A model generated the notes under the pieces. It searched no databases. It had not been told where the DNA came from and saw only the letters and a list, made by a program, of their open reading frames with translations. The position numbers and the translations under genes are program-made. From assembly GCA_049513715.1 (NCBI GenBank), contig JBEKVV010000003.1:128001-192000 (forward strand): 64,000 nucleotides of DNA, written 5' to 3'. Of the stretch, positions 1 to 9,935 are shown in pieces; position 1 is the stretch's first letter, and the number at the start of each line of letters is the position of its first letter. This stretch comes from Candidatus Bathyarchaeia archaeon (GTDB taxonomy: Archaea > Thermoproteota > Bathyarchaeia > 40CM-2-53-6).

Positions 1-129
1 AAGCCGCATTCTACATCTACGCCTTTCGTAGCTGATCCCTTCCCCATTGCAGATTAGTTGTTTAGGCTACTACAGCGCAAAACCCAGCGGCGTCCATGTC
101 TCGGAGAGCGCGTTGCCGTGGCGTTTTAG

Positions 130-609
130 TCAAGTATCAGCGAAAGCTTCGTTGATCGAATCCGTTCCTTCTGTGCTTTTTTCCGCGTCCTCCGTGGCCT
201 CTGCCGTATCTTCGGCTTCTGTTTTGGTTTCACGCTCGCGCCCGGTTATCGCGTAAGATTCTAGTAGTGCCTGGGACGCGAAAAGGTTCACTAAAGTGTT
301 GGTGCTTGCTTCGCCGCTGAGGCGGCCGGCCCTTCCCTGCAGGTGACGCCATTTTACTCGCGTATTGCCGCTTTTGGAGTTGTAGATTATGCCGAGGACA
401 TTCGATGCGCGGGTGAACCTGATTTCTCGTATTTGGCTGACAGTTTCTTTATCCTCAGCCTCGACGTACATAGTCCCCTTATCGGACGCCCGTTCCGGGT
501 AAATTGTCTCATCCTCATCCAATTCCAGCGGAATGTAGGATTGACAAGTGCTCATGATCATAAACCGCCGAAACCTGTCGAGGTCGCAGACTGAATCTAT
601 AGCCACCAC
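130..609 (-). CDS. hypothetical protein with acidic C-terminal tail
   Basis: 159-aa ORF, protein-like composition, divergent from the Zn-finger/EF-1beta genes. Confidence 0.7.
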   Translation of the reverse strand: MVAIDSVCDLDRFRRFMIMSTCQSYIPLELDEDETIYPERASDKGTMYVEAEDKETVSQIREIRFTRASNVLGIIYNSKSGNTRVKWRHLQGRAGRLSGEASTNTLVNLFASQALLESYAITGRERETKTEAEDTAEATEDAEKSTEGTDSINEAFADT

Positions 610-763
610 TACATCTCACCAGAAGAAGGATTGATGGTTCCTGAGTCTTAGCAGGCTCCTGTTTGAATTTGCCGGTACGACAAAGAGCATCGCCGACGGG
701 CAATGGGCAGCAATCAATTTATAACCTTCAGAAGTGTGGGTGTGGAACCCGAAGGCCCCAAAC

Positions 764-967
764 TTGAGTGCAACAACAACCACGAGTAGCGAGAAAGTCA
801 TCCGTATGCCTACATGCTCGTGGTGCGCGCGCACAATTCTACCCGGCGAAGGCGCGGTCAAATTCCCTTGCCCAAGCTGCGGAGAAGTCACCATTTGGCG
901 ATGCGAGAAATGCCGCATGTTCGGCCGCCCCTACAAATGCGTCAAGTGCGGACACATGGGCCCATAA
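764..967 (+). CDS. small zinc-finger protein (HVO_2753/DUF1610-like)
   Basis: Four CxxC motifs (CSWC, CPSC, CEKC, CVKC) ending in GP; typical position upstream of archaeal EF-1beta; start uncertain (TTG 764). Confidence 0.85.
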   Translation: MSATTTTSSEKVIRMPTCSWCARTILPGEGAVKFPCPSCGEVTIWRCEKCRMFGRPYKCVKCGHMGP

Positions 968-990
968 AACAAACAAGCGGTTGGGAACTA

Positions 991-1260
991 TTGGCGAAGG
1001 TACTCGCGTCCATCAAGATATTCCCCGACGACGCAAACATCGACCTCAACGCTTTGAAGGCAAGGATACAGGAATCGCTACCTGCCGGATTCAGCGCCCA
1101 GAAGTTTGAGGAGGAACCCGTTGCCTTCGGCCTAGTAGCGCTAATTGCACTCTTCGTCATACCCGAGGATGCAGCAGGCCAAATGGAGCGGCTGGAAGAG
1201 GCCCTCAAGGGCGTCGAGAGAGTAAGTCAGATTGAGGTCCTGAGGGTAGGACGATTCTGA
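991..1260 (+). CDS. ef1b: translation elongation factor 1-beta
   Basis: EEEPVAFGLVAL motif; 89 aa from TTG at 991 inside ORF 814..1260. Confidence 0.92.
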   Translation: MAKVLASIKIFPDDANIDLNALKARIQESLPAGFSAQKFEEEPVAFGLVALIALFVIPEDAAGQMERLEEALKGVERVSQIEVLRVGRF

Positions 1261-1271
1261 ACGGTTCCGTC

Positions 1272-1318
1272 GTTACCTGAAGTAACATTTAAATCCACCA
1301 TTTGTTACTGTTGGTAAC
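1272..1318. promoter_or_regulatory. two GTTAC-N5-GTAAC palindromes flanking a TTTAAAT box
   Basis: GTTACctgaaGTAAC 1272-1286 and GTTACtgttgGTAAC 1304-1318, upstream of cdc48. Confidence 0.45.
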
Positions 1319-1481
1319 AATCGTGGTGGACCGGAAACATCATGAACAATTCCGAAAGCTACGCATCAATCCAAACAGTCGGGCAACGCGTGGTTTGCAT
1401 GGACAAAAGGAATTTTAATGGCACACATCAAGGACTCATCGGAACAAAACGTGCCACCTCATTACTAGGGAGAGTATAATC

Positions 1482-3662
1482 ATGTCCAGTCACGAATCTT
1501 CTCTAAGAGTTGCTGATGCAAGGCAACGAGATGTCGGACACGGGAAAGTCCGAATCGACAACGAAACCATGCAGAAACTCGCAATTACAGCAGGAGATTT
1601 CGTTGAAATTCACGGCAAGAAGATGACAGTTGCCGTTGCATGGCCCGCCTACGCTGAAGACCAAGGACAAGAAATCATCAGAATGGACGGGCTCATAAGG
1701 AGGAACGCAGGCGTAGCACTGAACGAATTCGTCAGCGTAAGGAAAGCTGACGTAAAGGAGGCGCAGGCGATCGTTTTCGCGCCAACTGATGTTCGCCTTA
1801 GTGTGGATGAGGAGTTTGTCAGTTTCGTAAAGCGACGCTTCATGGACATGCCCTTCATCGAAGGCGACATGACTCTACTCTCGATCTTCGGAAGCGCCGT
1901 CCCACTCACGGTCACTCGTACACGCCCTCACGGCCCAGTAAAGATCACAGAAACCGCACATGTTCAAGTCCTAAGCGAGCCAACCCCAGAAAAGAAAGGC
2001 ATCCCGATAGTAACTTACGAAGACATTGGTGGCCTGCACGAGGAGATTCAGCGCATCCGAGAAATGGTGGAATTGCCTCTAAGGCACCCCGAGCTCTTCC
2101 AACGCTTGGGAATCGAACCACCGAGGGGAGTGTTCTTGTACGGGCCGCCGGGTTGCGGTAAGACTCTTCTTGCAAAAGCAGTTGCGAACGAGTCCGACGC
2201 GAACTTCTACGTAATCTCAGGCCCCGAGATCATGTCAAAGTTCTACGGCGAATCAGAAGCTAGGCTCCGTGAGATATTCCAGAAGGCTCAGGAAACATCA
2301 CCGAGCATCATATTCATCGACGAAATGGACGCCATAGCGCCCAAGCGTGAGGAAGTTACGGGCGAAGTCGAGCGAAGAGTCGTCGCCCAGCTCCTATCAC
2401 TAATGGACGGAATGGGTTCACGCGGCAACATTATCGTAATCGGCGCGACCAACCGACCAAACGCAATCGACCCCGCACTGAGAAGGCCGGGAAGATTCGA
2501 CAGGGAAATCGAAATTGGAGTTCCCGACAAAGCGGGGCGGTACGAAGTTCTGCAGATTCACACGAGGAACATGCCGCTTGCAGAGGACGTGGAGCTGAAG
2601 CGATTGTCGGATGTAACGCATGGTTACACTGGAGCAGACACCGCCTCACTATGCCGGGAAGCGGCAATGAAATCGCTCAGGCGGTACATTCCAGAAATCA
2701 ACCTTGAGGAAGAACGCATCCCGCCCGAAACGCTCGAGAAGATGGTTGTGAAGATGGACGATTTCCTCTACGCCTACCGGGAAATCACGCCCACAGCCAT
2801 GAGAGAAGTATACGTCGAGATCCCGCAGGTTAAATGGGACGAAGTTGGAGGCCTCAAGCAAGTCAAACAGCAGCTCATGGAATCTGTTGAGTGGCCACTG
2901 AAGAAACCCGAGATCTTCAAGAAAATGGGCATCAAGCCCCCCAGAGGAATCCTCCTATACGGCCCGCCCGGATGCGGAAAGACACTACTAGCCAGAGCTG
3001 TAGCCACAGAAAGCGAAGCAAACTTCATTTCAATAAAAGGCCCCGAAATATTCTCGAAATGGGTAGGGGAATCCGAGAAAGCAATACGCGAAATATTCCG
3101 CAAAGGCCGAACAGCCGCACCAGCCATAATATTCTTCGATGAACTGGACGCAATAGTACCCAGACGTGGCCTAGGCTATGGGGACTCAGGAGCAAGCGAA
3201 CGAGTCATCAGCCAACTACTCACAGAGATCGATGGAATCGAATCACTTCAGAATGTGCTCGTCATAGCGGCAACGAACCGGCCCGATATGCTGGACCCAG
3301 CGGTTATGCGGCCTGGGAGATTTGACAGGTTGATTTACGTTCCGTCGCCAGACATTGAATCCCTCAAGGAAATCTTCTCGATTCACACACGCTCCATGCC
3401 ACTTTCCAGAGACGTGGTGCTGGAAGACGTTGCGAGGAAGGCCCCGGGCTATTCAGGTGCCGACATTGAAGCCATAGTCCGCGAAGCCGCCATGAATGCA
3501 CTTAGAGAGAACATAGAGGCCACTGAGGTTTCACGGCGAGACTTTGATGTGGCTATGGAGAGGGTTGGGCCGAGCGTTACACCCGATGACGACGCTTCGT
3601 ACCAGAAATTCTCAAAGCGGCTGAGAAGAGAGCGAGCTGCCGCCATCACACCCGTAGCATGA
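1482..3662 (+). CDS. cdc48: CDC48/VCP family AAA+ ATPase
   Basis: N domain plus two AAA modules (GPPGCGKT twice, RPGRFDR twice). Confidence 0.97.
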   Translation: MSSHESSLRVADARQRDVGHGKVRIDNETMQKLAITAGDFVEIHGKKMTVAVAWPAYAEDQGQEIIRMDGLIRRNAGVALNEFVSVRKADVKEAQAIVFAPTDVRLSVDEEFVSFVKRRFMDMPFIEGDMTLLSIFGSAVPLTVTRTRPHGPVKITETAHVQVLSEPTPEKKGIPIVTYEDIGGLHEEIQRIREMVELPLRHPELFQRLGIEPPRGVFLYGPPGCGKTLLAKAVANESDANFYVISGPEIMSKFYGESEARLREIFQKAQETSPSIIFIDEMDAIAPKREEVTGEVERRVVAQLLSLMDGMGSRGNIIVIGATNRPNAIDPALRRPGRFDREIEIGVPDKAGRYEVLQIHTRNMPLAEDVELKRLSDVTHGYTGADTASLCREAAMKSLRRYIPEINLEEERIPPETLEKMVVKMDDFLYAYREITPTAMREVYVEIPQVKWDEVGGLKQVKQQLMESVEWPLKKPEIFKKMGIKPPRGILLYGPPGCGKTLLARAVATESEANFISIKGPEIFSKWVGESEKAIREIFRKGRTAAPAIIFFDELDAIVPRRGLGYGDSGASERVISQLLTEIDGIESLQNVLVIAATNRPDMLDPAVMRPGRFDRLIYVPSPDIESLKEIFSIHTRSMPLSRDVVLEDVARKAPGYSGADIEAIVREAAMNALRENIEATEVSRRDFDVAMERVGPSVTPDDDASYQKFSKRLRRERAAAITPVA

Positions 3663-3691
3663 AACTAATTCTAACTGGAAGGCAATGCTGA

Positions 3692-3934
3692 ATGGACAAG
3701 GTATGGGGCCCCCGCCCACTCCAACTTTCCGTCGTAGACCTCATACAACGAAAAGGCCCACTCACCGATGACGAACTGCTTCGAGAGATCCGGAACCTAA
3801 AAGATGACATGAGTTTCAGAGAACTGAACGGCATTCTTCTCAAACTGGAAGTTAGTGGCATCGTACGAGTTTCACGGCAAATGAAAGGTAAGCGCCGTGT
3901 GGAACTTGTAGAGCAACCGCAACGCAGTACTTAA
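3692..3934 (+). CDS. small winged-helix-like hypothetical protein
   Basis: 80 aa, co-oriented after cdc48, wHTH-like LLKLEVSGIVRV. Confidence 0.75.
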   Translation: MDKVWGPRPLQLSVVDLIQRKGPLTDDELLREIRNLKDDMSFRELNGILLKLEVSGIVRVSRQMKGKRRVELVEQPQRST

Positions 3935-3998
3935 CACATCGAACACCAGTCCTCCACAGTAGCCAAACTATAGTGCTTCCCAGCAGGAAGCATGCACT

Positions 3999-5246
3999 AT
4001 GCCGCATGAACAAGTCGACTTGGCCGTTGTTGGATGTGGGGTGAGTGGAGCGGCTGCCGCACTGGCAGCAGCGCAACGGGGCATTTCGGTGTCGATTTTG
4101 GAAGAGCATTCGAAAGTTGGGGAACCCACACACTGCTCTGGCCACGTTGGAATCTTGGCCTTCAAGCAATTCGCCCCCAAAATGCCGCGAAGAATCATTG
4201 AAAATGAAATCAAAGGCGCTGTACTGTACCCGCCAAACGAAAAGCCCATCACCCTCAAGAGAACCACTCCGGTAACATGGGTCTTGAACAGGGCCGAACT
4301 CGACAAGCACCTCGCCCGCGTGGCAACCGAAGCAGGCGCTCGGCTCCGTATGAATTCACGCGTCGAAACTTTCAAGCGGCTGGACAAAGGGTTTCAAGTC
4401 AGAATTACAGGTGCCAAACCCGCAGAACTTACATGCAAAATAATCATTGACGCAAGCGGATTCGGAGGGTCTGTCTCGAAGTATGCTGGTTTATCACAGG
4501 CAGGGCCTCGAATGCTGGTCAATTCAGCTCAGTTTAGTGTTGACAACGTTTCAGATGTGGACGAAGACTTCGTGGAACTCTACTTCGGCCAGCAGTATGC
4601 TCCTGGATTCTTTGGTTGGATAATTCCACGACGAGATGGATCTGCTAAAGTAGGCATAGCCGCTGGACCACGAGCAAACGCGCGTCAATGTTTCGAAAGA
4701 TTCGTTAGCAGACACCCAGTCGTTTCTAAGAAACTGAAGCACGCCCGCCGATTAACGAAAACCATGTTCCACCCCATACCGGTAGATGGAGCAACCCGTC
4801 GCACGTACGCTGAGGGCATTCTCTCCGTTGGAGATTCAGCCTCCCAAGTGAAACCAACCACCGGAGGAGGCATAGTATTTGGTCTTGCCTGTGGCCGAAT
4901 CGCCGGGGCTACGGCTGCCAACGCAGTGATGACCGACAATACCTCTGCTCTGTCCCTTAGCACATATGAGAAATCCTGGCGACAGCTGATCGGGTTCGAT
5001 CTGAAGGCAATGTCGTGGCTTCGACGCCTGCTCTACAGGTTGCCTGACCAGCACCTCGACAGAATCTTCAAAGTATCCAACGAGTTAAGGGTTGACGAAA
5101 TCCTGAACAGGACCGCGGACATTGATTTCCAAGGCAGAACTCTGGCCTCTCTGGCGCGTGACCCGAGGTTGTTCATCACCCTCCTATCGGCGTCTATTCT
5201 CTCGGCCCCGTCATTACTTAGAACGGAAGCACAGGCGCCCAGATGA
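3999..5246 (+). CDS. geranylgeranyl reductase family flavoprotein
   Basis: GxGxxG FAD motif, WIIP, GDSASQVKPTTGGGI. Confidence 0.92.
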   Translation: MPHEQVDLAVVGCGVSGAAAALAAAQRGISVSILEEHSKVGEPTHCSGHVGILAFKQFAPKMPRRIIENEIKGAVLYPPNEKPITLKRTTPVTWVLNRAELDKHLARVATEAGARLRMNSRVETFKRLDKGFQVRITGAKPAELTCKIIIDASGFGGSVSKYAGLSQAGPRMLVNSAQFSVDNVSDVDEDFVELYFGQQYAPGFFGWIIPRRDGSAKVGIAAGPRANARQCFERFVSRHPVVSKKLKHARRLTKTMFHPIPVDGATRRTYAEGILSVGDSASQVKPTTGGGIVFGLACGRIAGATAANAVMTDNTSALSLSTYEKSWRQLIGFDLKAMSWLRRLLYRLPDQHLDRIFKVSNELRVDEILNRTADIDFQGRTLASLARDPRLFITLLSASILSAPSLLRTEAQAPR

Positions 5247-5357
5247 TTACCTTATATTATACCGAACTGGAGACGCAATAATTTAATTACTAAACAGAAC
5301 TATTTTCGTACGTGGGATATTTGTTCGGGCTTTTTGGCGTGAGGCATACCGAGTGCG

Positions 5358-5561
5358 GTGACACCTACGACATGCAGTCTTTGTAGACACAAGGCCGGGA
5401 AGCAGATCGACAAGATGATCAAGTCTGGAGTGCCTTACAGGAAGATAAAGTCCAAATTCCGCATAAAAAGCATCTCGATGATATCTTACCACAAAGGAAC
5501 ATGTCTTGGTTTGATTCCACCGAGGAGACGCAGCGCATACCCTCGGGAAGTTCCGTGGTAG
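5358..5561 (+). CDS. small basic CxxC/HTH-like protein
   Basis: CSLCRH...IDKMIKSGVPYRKIKSKF...ISYHK, resembles small Zn/HTH proteins of mobile elements. Confidence 0.5.
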   Translation: MTPTTCSLCRHKAGKQIDKMIKSGVPYRKIKSKFRIKSISMISYHKGTCLGLIPPRRRSAYPREVPW

Positions 5562-5578
5562 CTAATGGAATCAAGGAC

Positions 5579-6556
5579 CTAGGTTTTGCTGAGCTGTTTC
5601 ACCGCATCGTTCAAAGCAGGTATTATTTGGTATAGGTCTGCCACTACACCGTAATCGCTGAACTCGAAGATTGGAGCCTTCGGGTCATTGTTGACCGCTA
5701 CGATTATTCTACTATTTCTGATTCCTGTGAGATGCTGAATTTGGCCTGAGATTCCGAAGGCAAAGTACAATTTCGGGCTGACCTTCTGGCCTGAAAGGCC
5801 TACGTATTGCTCCTCCGGCAACCAACGCAAATCCTCCGCTATGGGCCTAGAACATCCAATTACTCCCCCAACCATCTGAGCAAACTGTTCCAACATGGCC
5901 ATATCCTCCTTCTTCCTGACCCCCCGCCCAAATGAAACAATGATTGGCGCGTCAGCGAGTTTAACTCCCTTCGCAGTTTTCGGCCTACTCTCAACCAACT
6001 TTGTGGTTGATGGCTTCACATTAGGCTCGACTCTCACGACCTCCCCCTTTCGCGTGGAGTCTGCAGCGAGTGGAACGAAAAGTCCCCTGGGTACCGTAGC
6101 TACTTGCGGTGTCGACCTGCAGATCTGCGTCTCAACGAGATTACCGCCCAAGGTGATTCTGTCCATCAATAGGAATTTCTTCTCAGCGTCGACTTCCAAG
6201 CGAGTTACTTCAGTCACGCAACCAGTCTTCAACCGCTCAGACAAGCGCGGGGCAAACTCTAGCCCATTCCTGGTGGCACCTATGAGGAGTATGTCTGGTT
6301 TCTGTTCAGCCGCCAGATTCGCCATTGCGTCAGTGTATGTATCCACGTTGAAGACATCCAGCGCCGGGTTGTTCAGCACGAACACTTTGTCAGCACCATG
6401 CTGAACGTAGCCCTGAGGATCCTGTCCTGAGCCAATGGAAACCGCTACCAGTTGCGTACCTAACTGATTTGCTAATGCTCTCCCCTTCCCGAGCAACTCG
6501 AAAGCCAGCTGTGATACCTCCGAGAATACCCAGACCCCTCCGTGTTCTTGTGACAT
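5579..6556 (-). CDS. etfA: electron transfer flavoprotein alpha subunit
   Basis: GCSRP, VGLSGQKVSPKLY, GISGQIQH, VNNDPKAPIF. Confidence 0.95.
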   Translation of the reverse strand: MSQEHGGVWVFSEVSQLAFELLGKGRALANQLGTQLVAVSIGSGQDPQGYVQHGADKVFVLNNPALDVFNVDTYTDAMANLAAEQKPDILLIGATRNGLEFAPRLSERLKTGCVTEVTRLEVDAEKKFLLMDRITLGGNLVETQICRSTPQVATVPRGLFVPLAADSTRKGEVVRVEPNVKPSTTKLVESRPKTAKGVKLADAPIIVSFGRGVRKKEDMAMLEQFAQMVGGVIGCSRPIAEDLRWLPEEQYVGLSGQKVSPKLYFAFGISGQIQHLTGIRNSRIIVAVNNDPKAPIFEFSDYGVVADLYQIIPALNDAVKQLSKT

Positions 6557-6558
6557 AC

Positions 6559-7353
6559 CTAACTCGCCTTGAGAACCCCTTCCTGAATGAGAGCCTTCAC
6601 GAGCTTAGGAGCAATCTCCCTCGCCTCACCTTGAAACATTACTCGCTTTCTGTCCCCAACTGAAACTGTGCCCCTTAGGACTTCCACCAGAGCCCCATTG
6701 AATCCAAGCTCCTCCGCGCTTAGGTGCAAGTCTTCGGAAGTCCATGTTTTCATGGGTTTCTTGGAAGCAGCCATGATCGCCATGAGCGTTGGGAGGCGTG
6801 GTTCGTTGATCTCCCTCACAACAGAAACCAAGCAGGGTAGCTTTCCCTCCACTACTTGCCGCTCGTTCTCTAGGTCCCTCTCAGCCGTAATCTTTGTTCC
6901 TTCCACGGTGATCTTGGAGGCGTAAGTGATCTGCGGCAGATTGCATATTTCCGCCAACCTTGGGCCGACCTGGAAGGCGAACAAGTCCTCAGAGTACGCG
7001 CCGCACAGGATCAGGTCGTAATCCAAGATGTTCGTGACTGCTGCCGCCAAGACGTTTGCCACGGCGTGCGCGTCGGAGCCCTCGAACAACGGATCGCTTA
7101 GCAGGTACCCTTCGTCAGCCCCCATGGCCAAAGCTTCTCTAAGCGCCTCCTTGGCGTCAGGCGAACCCATAGTAATAACGGTGATTTTGCCGCCATGCTT
7201 CTCCTTTATCCTGACTGCTTCTTCAATGGCGTTCTTGTCGGATTCGCTGATGACCCTTGGAACGCCTTGGGTGACTATGGTCTTGGTTGACTTGTCGACC
7301 CTTAGTCCTTCAGTCTGAAGAACATGCTTCGCGAGCACTATGACGTGTAGCAT
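6559..7353 (-). CDS. etfB: electron transfer flavoprotein beta subunit
   Basis: ALAMGAD, INEPRLP; adjacent to etfA. Confidence 0.95.
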   Translation of the reverse strand: MLHVIVLAKHVLQTEGLRVDKSTKTIVTQGVPRVISESDKNAIEEAVRIKEKHGGKITVITMGSPDAKEALREALAMGADEGYLLSDPLFEGSDAHAVANVLAAAVTNILDYDLILCGAYSEDLFAFQVGPRLAEICNLPQITYASKITVEGTKITAERDLENERQVVEGKLPCLVSVVREINEPRLPTLMAIMAASKKPMKTWTSEDLHLSAEELGFNGALVEVLRGTVSVGDRKRVMFQGEAREIAPKLVKALIQEGVLKAS

Positions 7354-7495
7354 CGATCATCACAGCCCAATCACCCTCAACAAAACGTCTGGACTTAAGA
7401 ATTGCGAAGCAACCTGATTAACAAGGCCGTCATGTTGAGTCGCCTAAATTTTCGGCTTCGGTCTCGGCAAGAAGTATGCGAAGTTTGGAGCGGGG

Positions 7496-8698
7496 CTATT
7501 CCCATTTTTCCCAAGGGACGAATTCTCTACCCAGCAATTGCAGTGCTATGACGATTTTCTGGGCACTTCTAGTGCCTTCGGCGATGACCGCCTGCCTGAC
7601 TACTCGGAAGACTTGTTGAACATCGTATTCCGTGGTTGTTCCAAGCCCCCCATACCATTCGAGGACATCGCTTACAGCCTTAACGCAGTGCTCGGACGCC
7701 ACAAGTTTCGCCGTGGACGCGCCCATCATCGCGTCGAAGAACGAGGCTTTCCCTTTGTGGTACTGGTCGATGAGCCATGCAGCCCGATAGCAGAGCCACT
7801 TGGCCGCTTGAACGTTCGAGTAGTCTTCTGCAAGTTCAAATTGAATGCCTTCATGGGCGCCGATGGGTCGACCGAACGCTTTCCTTTGTCTTATGTATTC
7901 GATCCCTTTTTCAAGAGAAACTTCGGCTGCTGCGACGATGCTCATGGTCGTTGGAACTCGCGCGTGAACAAATGATTCGTAGGTCATCTGGTATCCGGCT
8001 CCCTCGAACCCGACGAGGTAACGTTCTGGGACCCGTGTGTTCTCATACCTGATTCCGCCGATGTCTATTCCCATTCCGGTGTAGTTGGAAGTGGTAATTC
8101 CGTTTGAACTGGACGGAATGTAGAGCAGGCTCATGCCTTTACTTCCCAACTCTGGTCGCGTCTTGACTGAGGTGATGTATCCTCCTCCGTACTTCACAAC
8201 CTCTGGGACGCAGCTGAGACAGATCTTCTCCCCATTGACCACGTACTCTCCGTCGGTTTTCTTCGCCGTTGTGGTTATGGCCGTGAAGTCCGTTCCGCAA
8301 CTTGGCTCAGTGGAGTGTAACGGCGTCACCCAACCATCCTTCACGATTCTTGGAAGAATCTCATCTTTCAACTCTGCATTGCCATAGACTGAGAGCAGGC
8401 GCGCGCATGAAGCACCGTACCATGCGGCCAGGCCCGCGAAGCCGGTGGCGTCACCGCGCGTCAATTCCTCGACTGCGATGATGAAGGTAACGTAATCAGA
8501 ATTCGCACCACCATACTCCGAAGGAAGTAGCAGACCGAAGAAGCCGGCGTCTGTGAGGGCTTTGTGCACTTCCGGCGTGAGAATCCTAGCCTGAGTTAAT
8601 TCCTTGGCTCTCGGTGCAACTGCTTTGCTCATCAGTTCTCGAATACTTCTTCGGAAGAGTTCTTGCTCTTCCGTGAAAGTGAATTCTAATGGCATCAC
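7496..8698 (-). CDS. acyl-CoA dehydrogenase family protein
   Basis: TEPSCGTD, VNGEK, RKAFGRPI, GGLG, IAEGT. Confidence 0.93.
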   Translation of the reverse strand: MMPLEFTFTEEQELFRRSIRELMSKAVAPRAKELTQARILTPEVHKALTDAGFFGLLLPSEYGGANSDYVTFIIAVEELTRGDATGFAGLAAWYGASCARLLSVYGNAELKDEILPRIVKDGWVTPLHSTEPSCGTDFTAITTTAKKTDGEYVVNGEKICLSCVPEVVKYGGGYITSVKTRPELGSKGMSLLYIPSSSNGITTSNYTGMGIDIGGIRYENTRVPERYLVGFEGAGYQMTYESFVHARVPTTMSIVAAAEVSLEKGIEYIRQRKAFGRPIGAHEGIQFELAEDYSNVQAAKWLCYRAAWLIDQYHKGKASFFDAMMGASTAKLVASEHCVKAVSDVLEWYGGLGTTTEYDVQQVFRVVRQAVIAEGTRSAQKIVIALQLLGREFVPWEKWE

Positions 8699-8875
8699 AT
8701 AACCTCCTTACTTCATTTTTTTCCTTTGAACTCGGGTTTTCTTTTTGACATGAATGCTGAGACGCAGAAATGAGAAATTGAAGGTGGACTAATATACGGT
8801 ATGGTTCTAATGCGCGTTCGATCCTCAGATGCAACCAGCAATTGAGGAACCGTAGGATGTGGAGCTGGGCACCTC

Positions 8876-9304
8876 TTGTTCGAGATTCCATCTTTCATCG
8901 CTGGGCTCATCGCTTTCCTCTTCGTCTTTCTGCTGATGGGGATGTTGTTCTTTGTTCTCAGAGAGGAGAGAGACAAGACGATGCCGTCGTTGAACACTCT
9001 TGAACCTACTGACTTGGTGAGATTAGAGAATCCTCTTTCATCCGTTGATGCTCCATTCGTTGCGATCATTACGCTGGTAACTCTGGAAGTCGCACTGGAA
9101 GTATTGATAGTTGTCAGCGCCCTTCAAGGAATAGGATCGATTGCTATGGGGACCATGCTCGCGGTCGCAACATTCCTTGCAGCAGCCATCTTGGCAGTCT
9201 ACAGAAGCGCCTTCATGAGCGATGCGTTCACGAGAAAACCTCGGTTGGAGACGGTGGCCGCGCGCCAGCTCGAGAAAGCTCGTCAGAGTGATGAGCATGA
9301 GTGA
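8876..9304 (+). CDS. membrane protein (about 3 TM), first gene of Rieske/cytb operon
   Basis: Hydrophobic segments; overlaps Rieske start; no CxxCH. Confidence 0.75.
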   Translation: MFEIPSFIAGLIAFLFVFLLMGMLFFVLREERDKTMPSLNTLEPTDLVRLENPLSSVDAPFVAIITLVTLEVALEVLIVVSALQGIGSIAMGTMLAVATFLAAAILAVYRSAFMSDAFTRKPRLETVAARQLEKARQSDEHE

Positions 9305-9935
9305 GAAGATCGCTCCCGATTCTGGAAAGAAAGCGCGGCATTCGGTTAGCAGACGTCACTTTATCCAGATGATGGTTGCCGTAGGTTCCTTGGGAACCGT
9401 CGCCTCCTTTCTAACACTTCTTACGTCTCTCCTACCAGGCTCAGGAACTGGTGAGCAACAGGGCGAAGTTGACAACACCTTCCGGTACGGTCCAGAAAAG
9501 GGAACTTGGTATTCCGACAAGTCAGGGACTGAGGTGAAGGTGGAGGATTTCGATCAGGTCGGAAAGGGTGCGGGAGTCCTTTGGCGCGGTAATATCCCGG
9601 CGATTCTCATCCGCGTTGATGAAAGTAAGCTTCGGGGCGCAACATCGAACAGCGGATTGATTGCCTTTTCGAGCACCTGCACGCATCTCTGCTGCATAGC
9701 CACGTGGCACCTAGACCGACCAAGCGAGGACGTCCTCTTCTGCAGATGCCATGACGGCATCTTCGATCCGTATGATATTGTAAAAGACATCATGCCGAAT
9801 GGTGTCGAGTATAAAGGAGCGAGAGTAGTCGGTGGACCACCGCCGAGAGCTGCGCCGATCATCCCTGTTGAAATAAAGGATGGAAAAGTCGCCGGCGTTC
9901 CCTCGAATCTAGAGACCTATGCGTACTGTGGGTGA
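9291..9935 (+). CDS. petA: Rieske 2Fe-2S subunit of a Rieske/cytochrome b complex
   Basis: Tat-like SRRHF plus TM helix; CTHLCC and CRCHDG boxes; GPPPR; start 9291 or 9297. Confidence 0.9.
   Translation: MSMSEKIAPDSGKKARHSVSRRHFIQMMVAVGSLGTVASFLTLLTSLLPGSGTGEQQGEVDNTFRYGPEKGTWYSDKSGTEVKVEDFDQVGKGAGVLWRGNIPAILIRVDESKLRGATSNSGLIAFSSTCTHLCCIATWHLDRPSEDVLFCRCHDGIFDPYDIVKDIMPNGVEYKGARVVGGPPPRAAPIIPVEIKDGKVAGVPSNLETYAYCG

Noticed and set aside
814..990. N-terminal extension of EF-1beta
   Set aside because: Overlaps the Zn-finger gene in another frame; EF-1beta similarity begins at TTG 991
8713..9069. 118-aa minus-strand ORF and similar antisense ORFs across the window
   Set aside because: Shadow ORFs opposite well-supported genes, with no motifs
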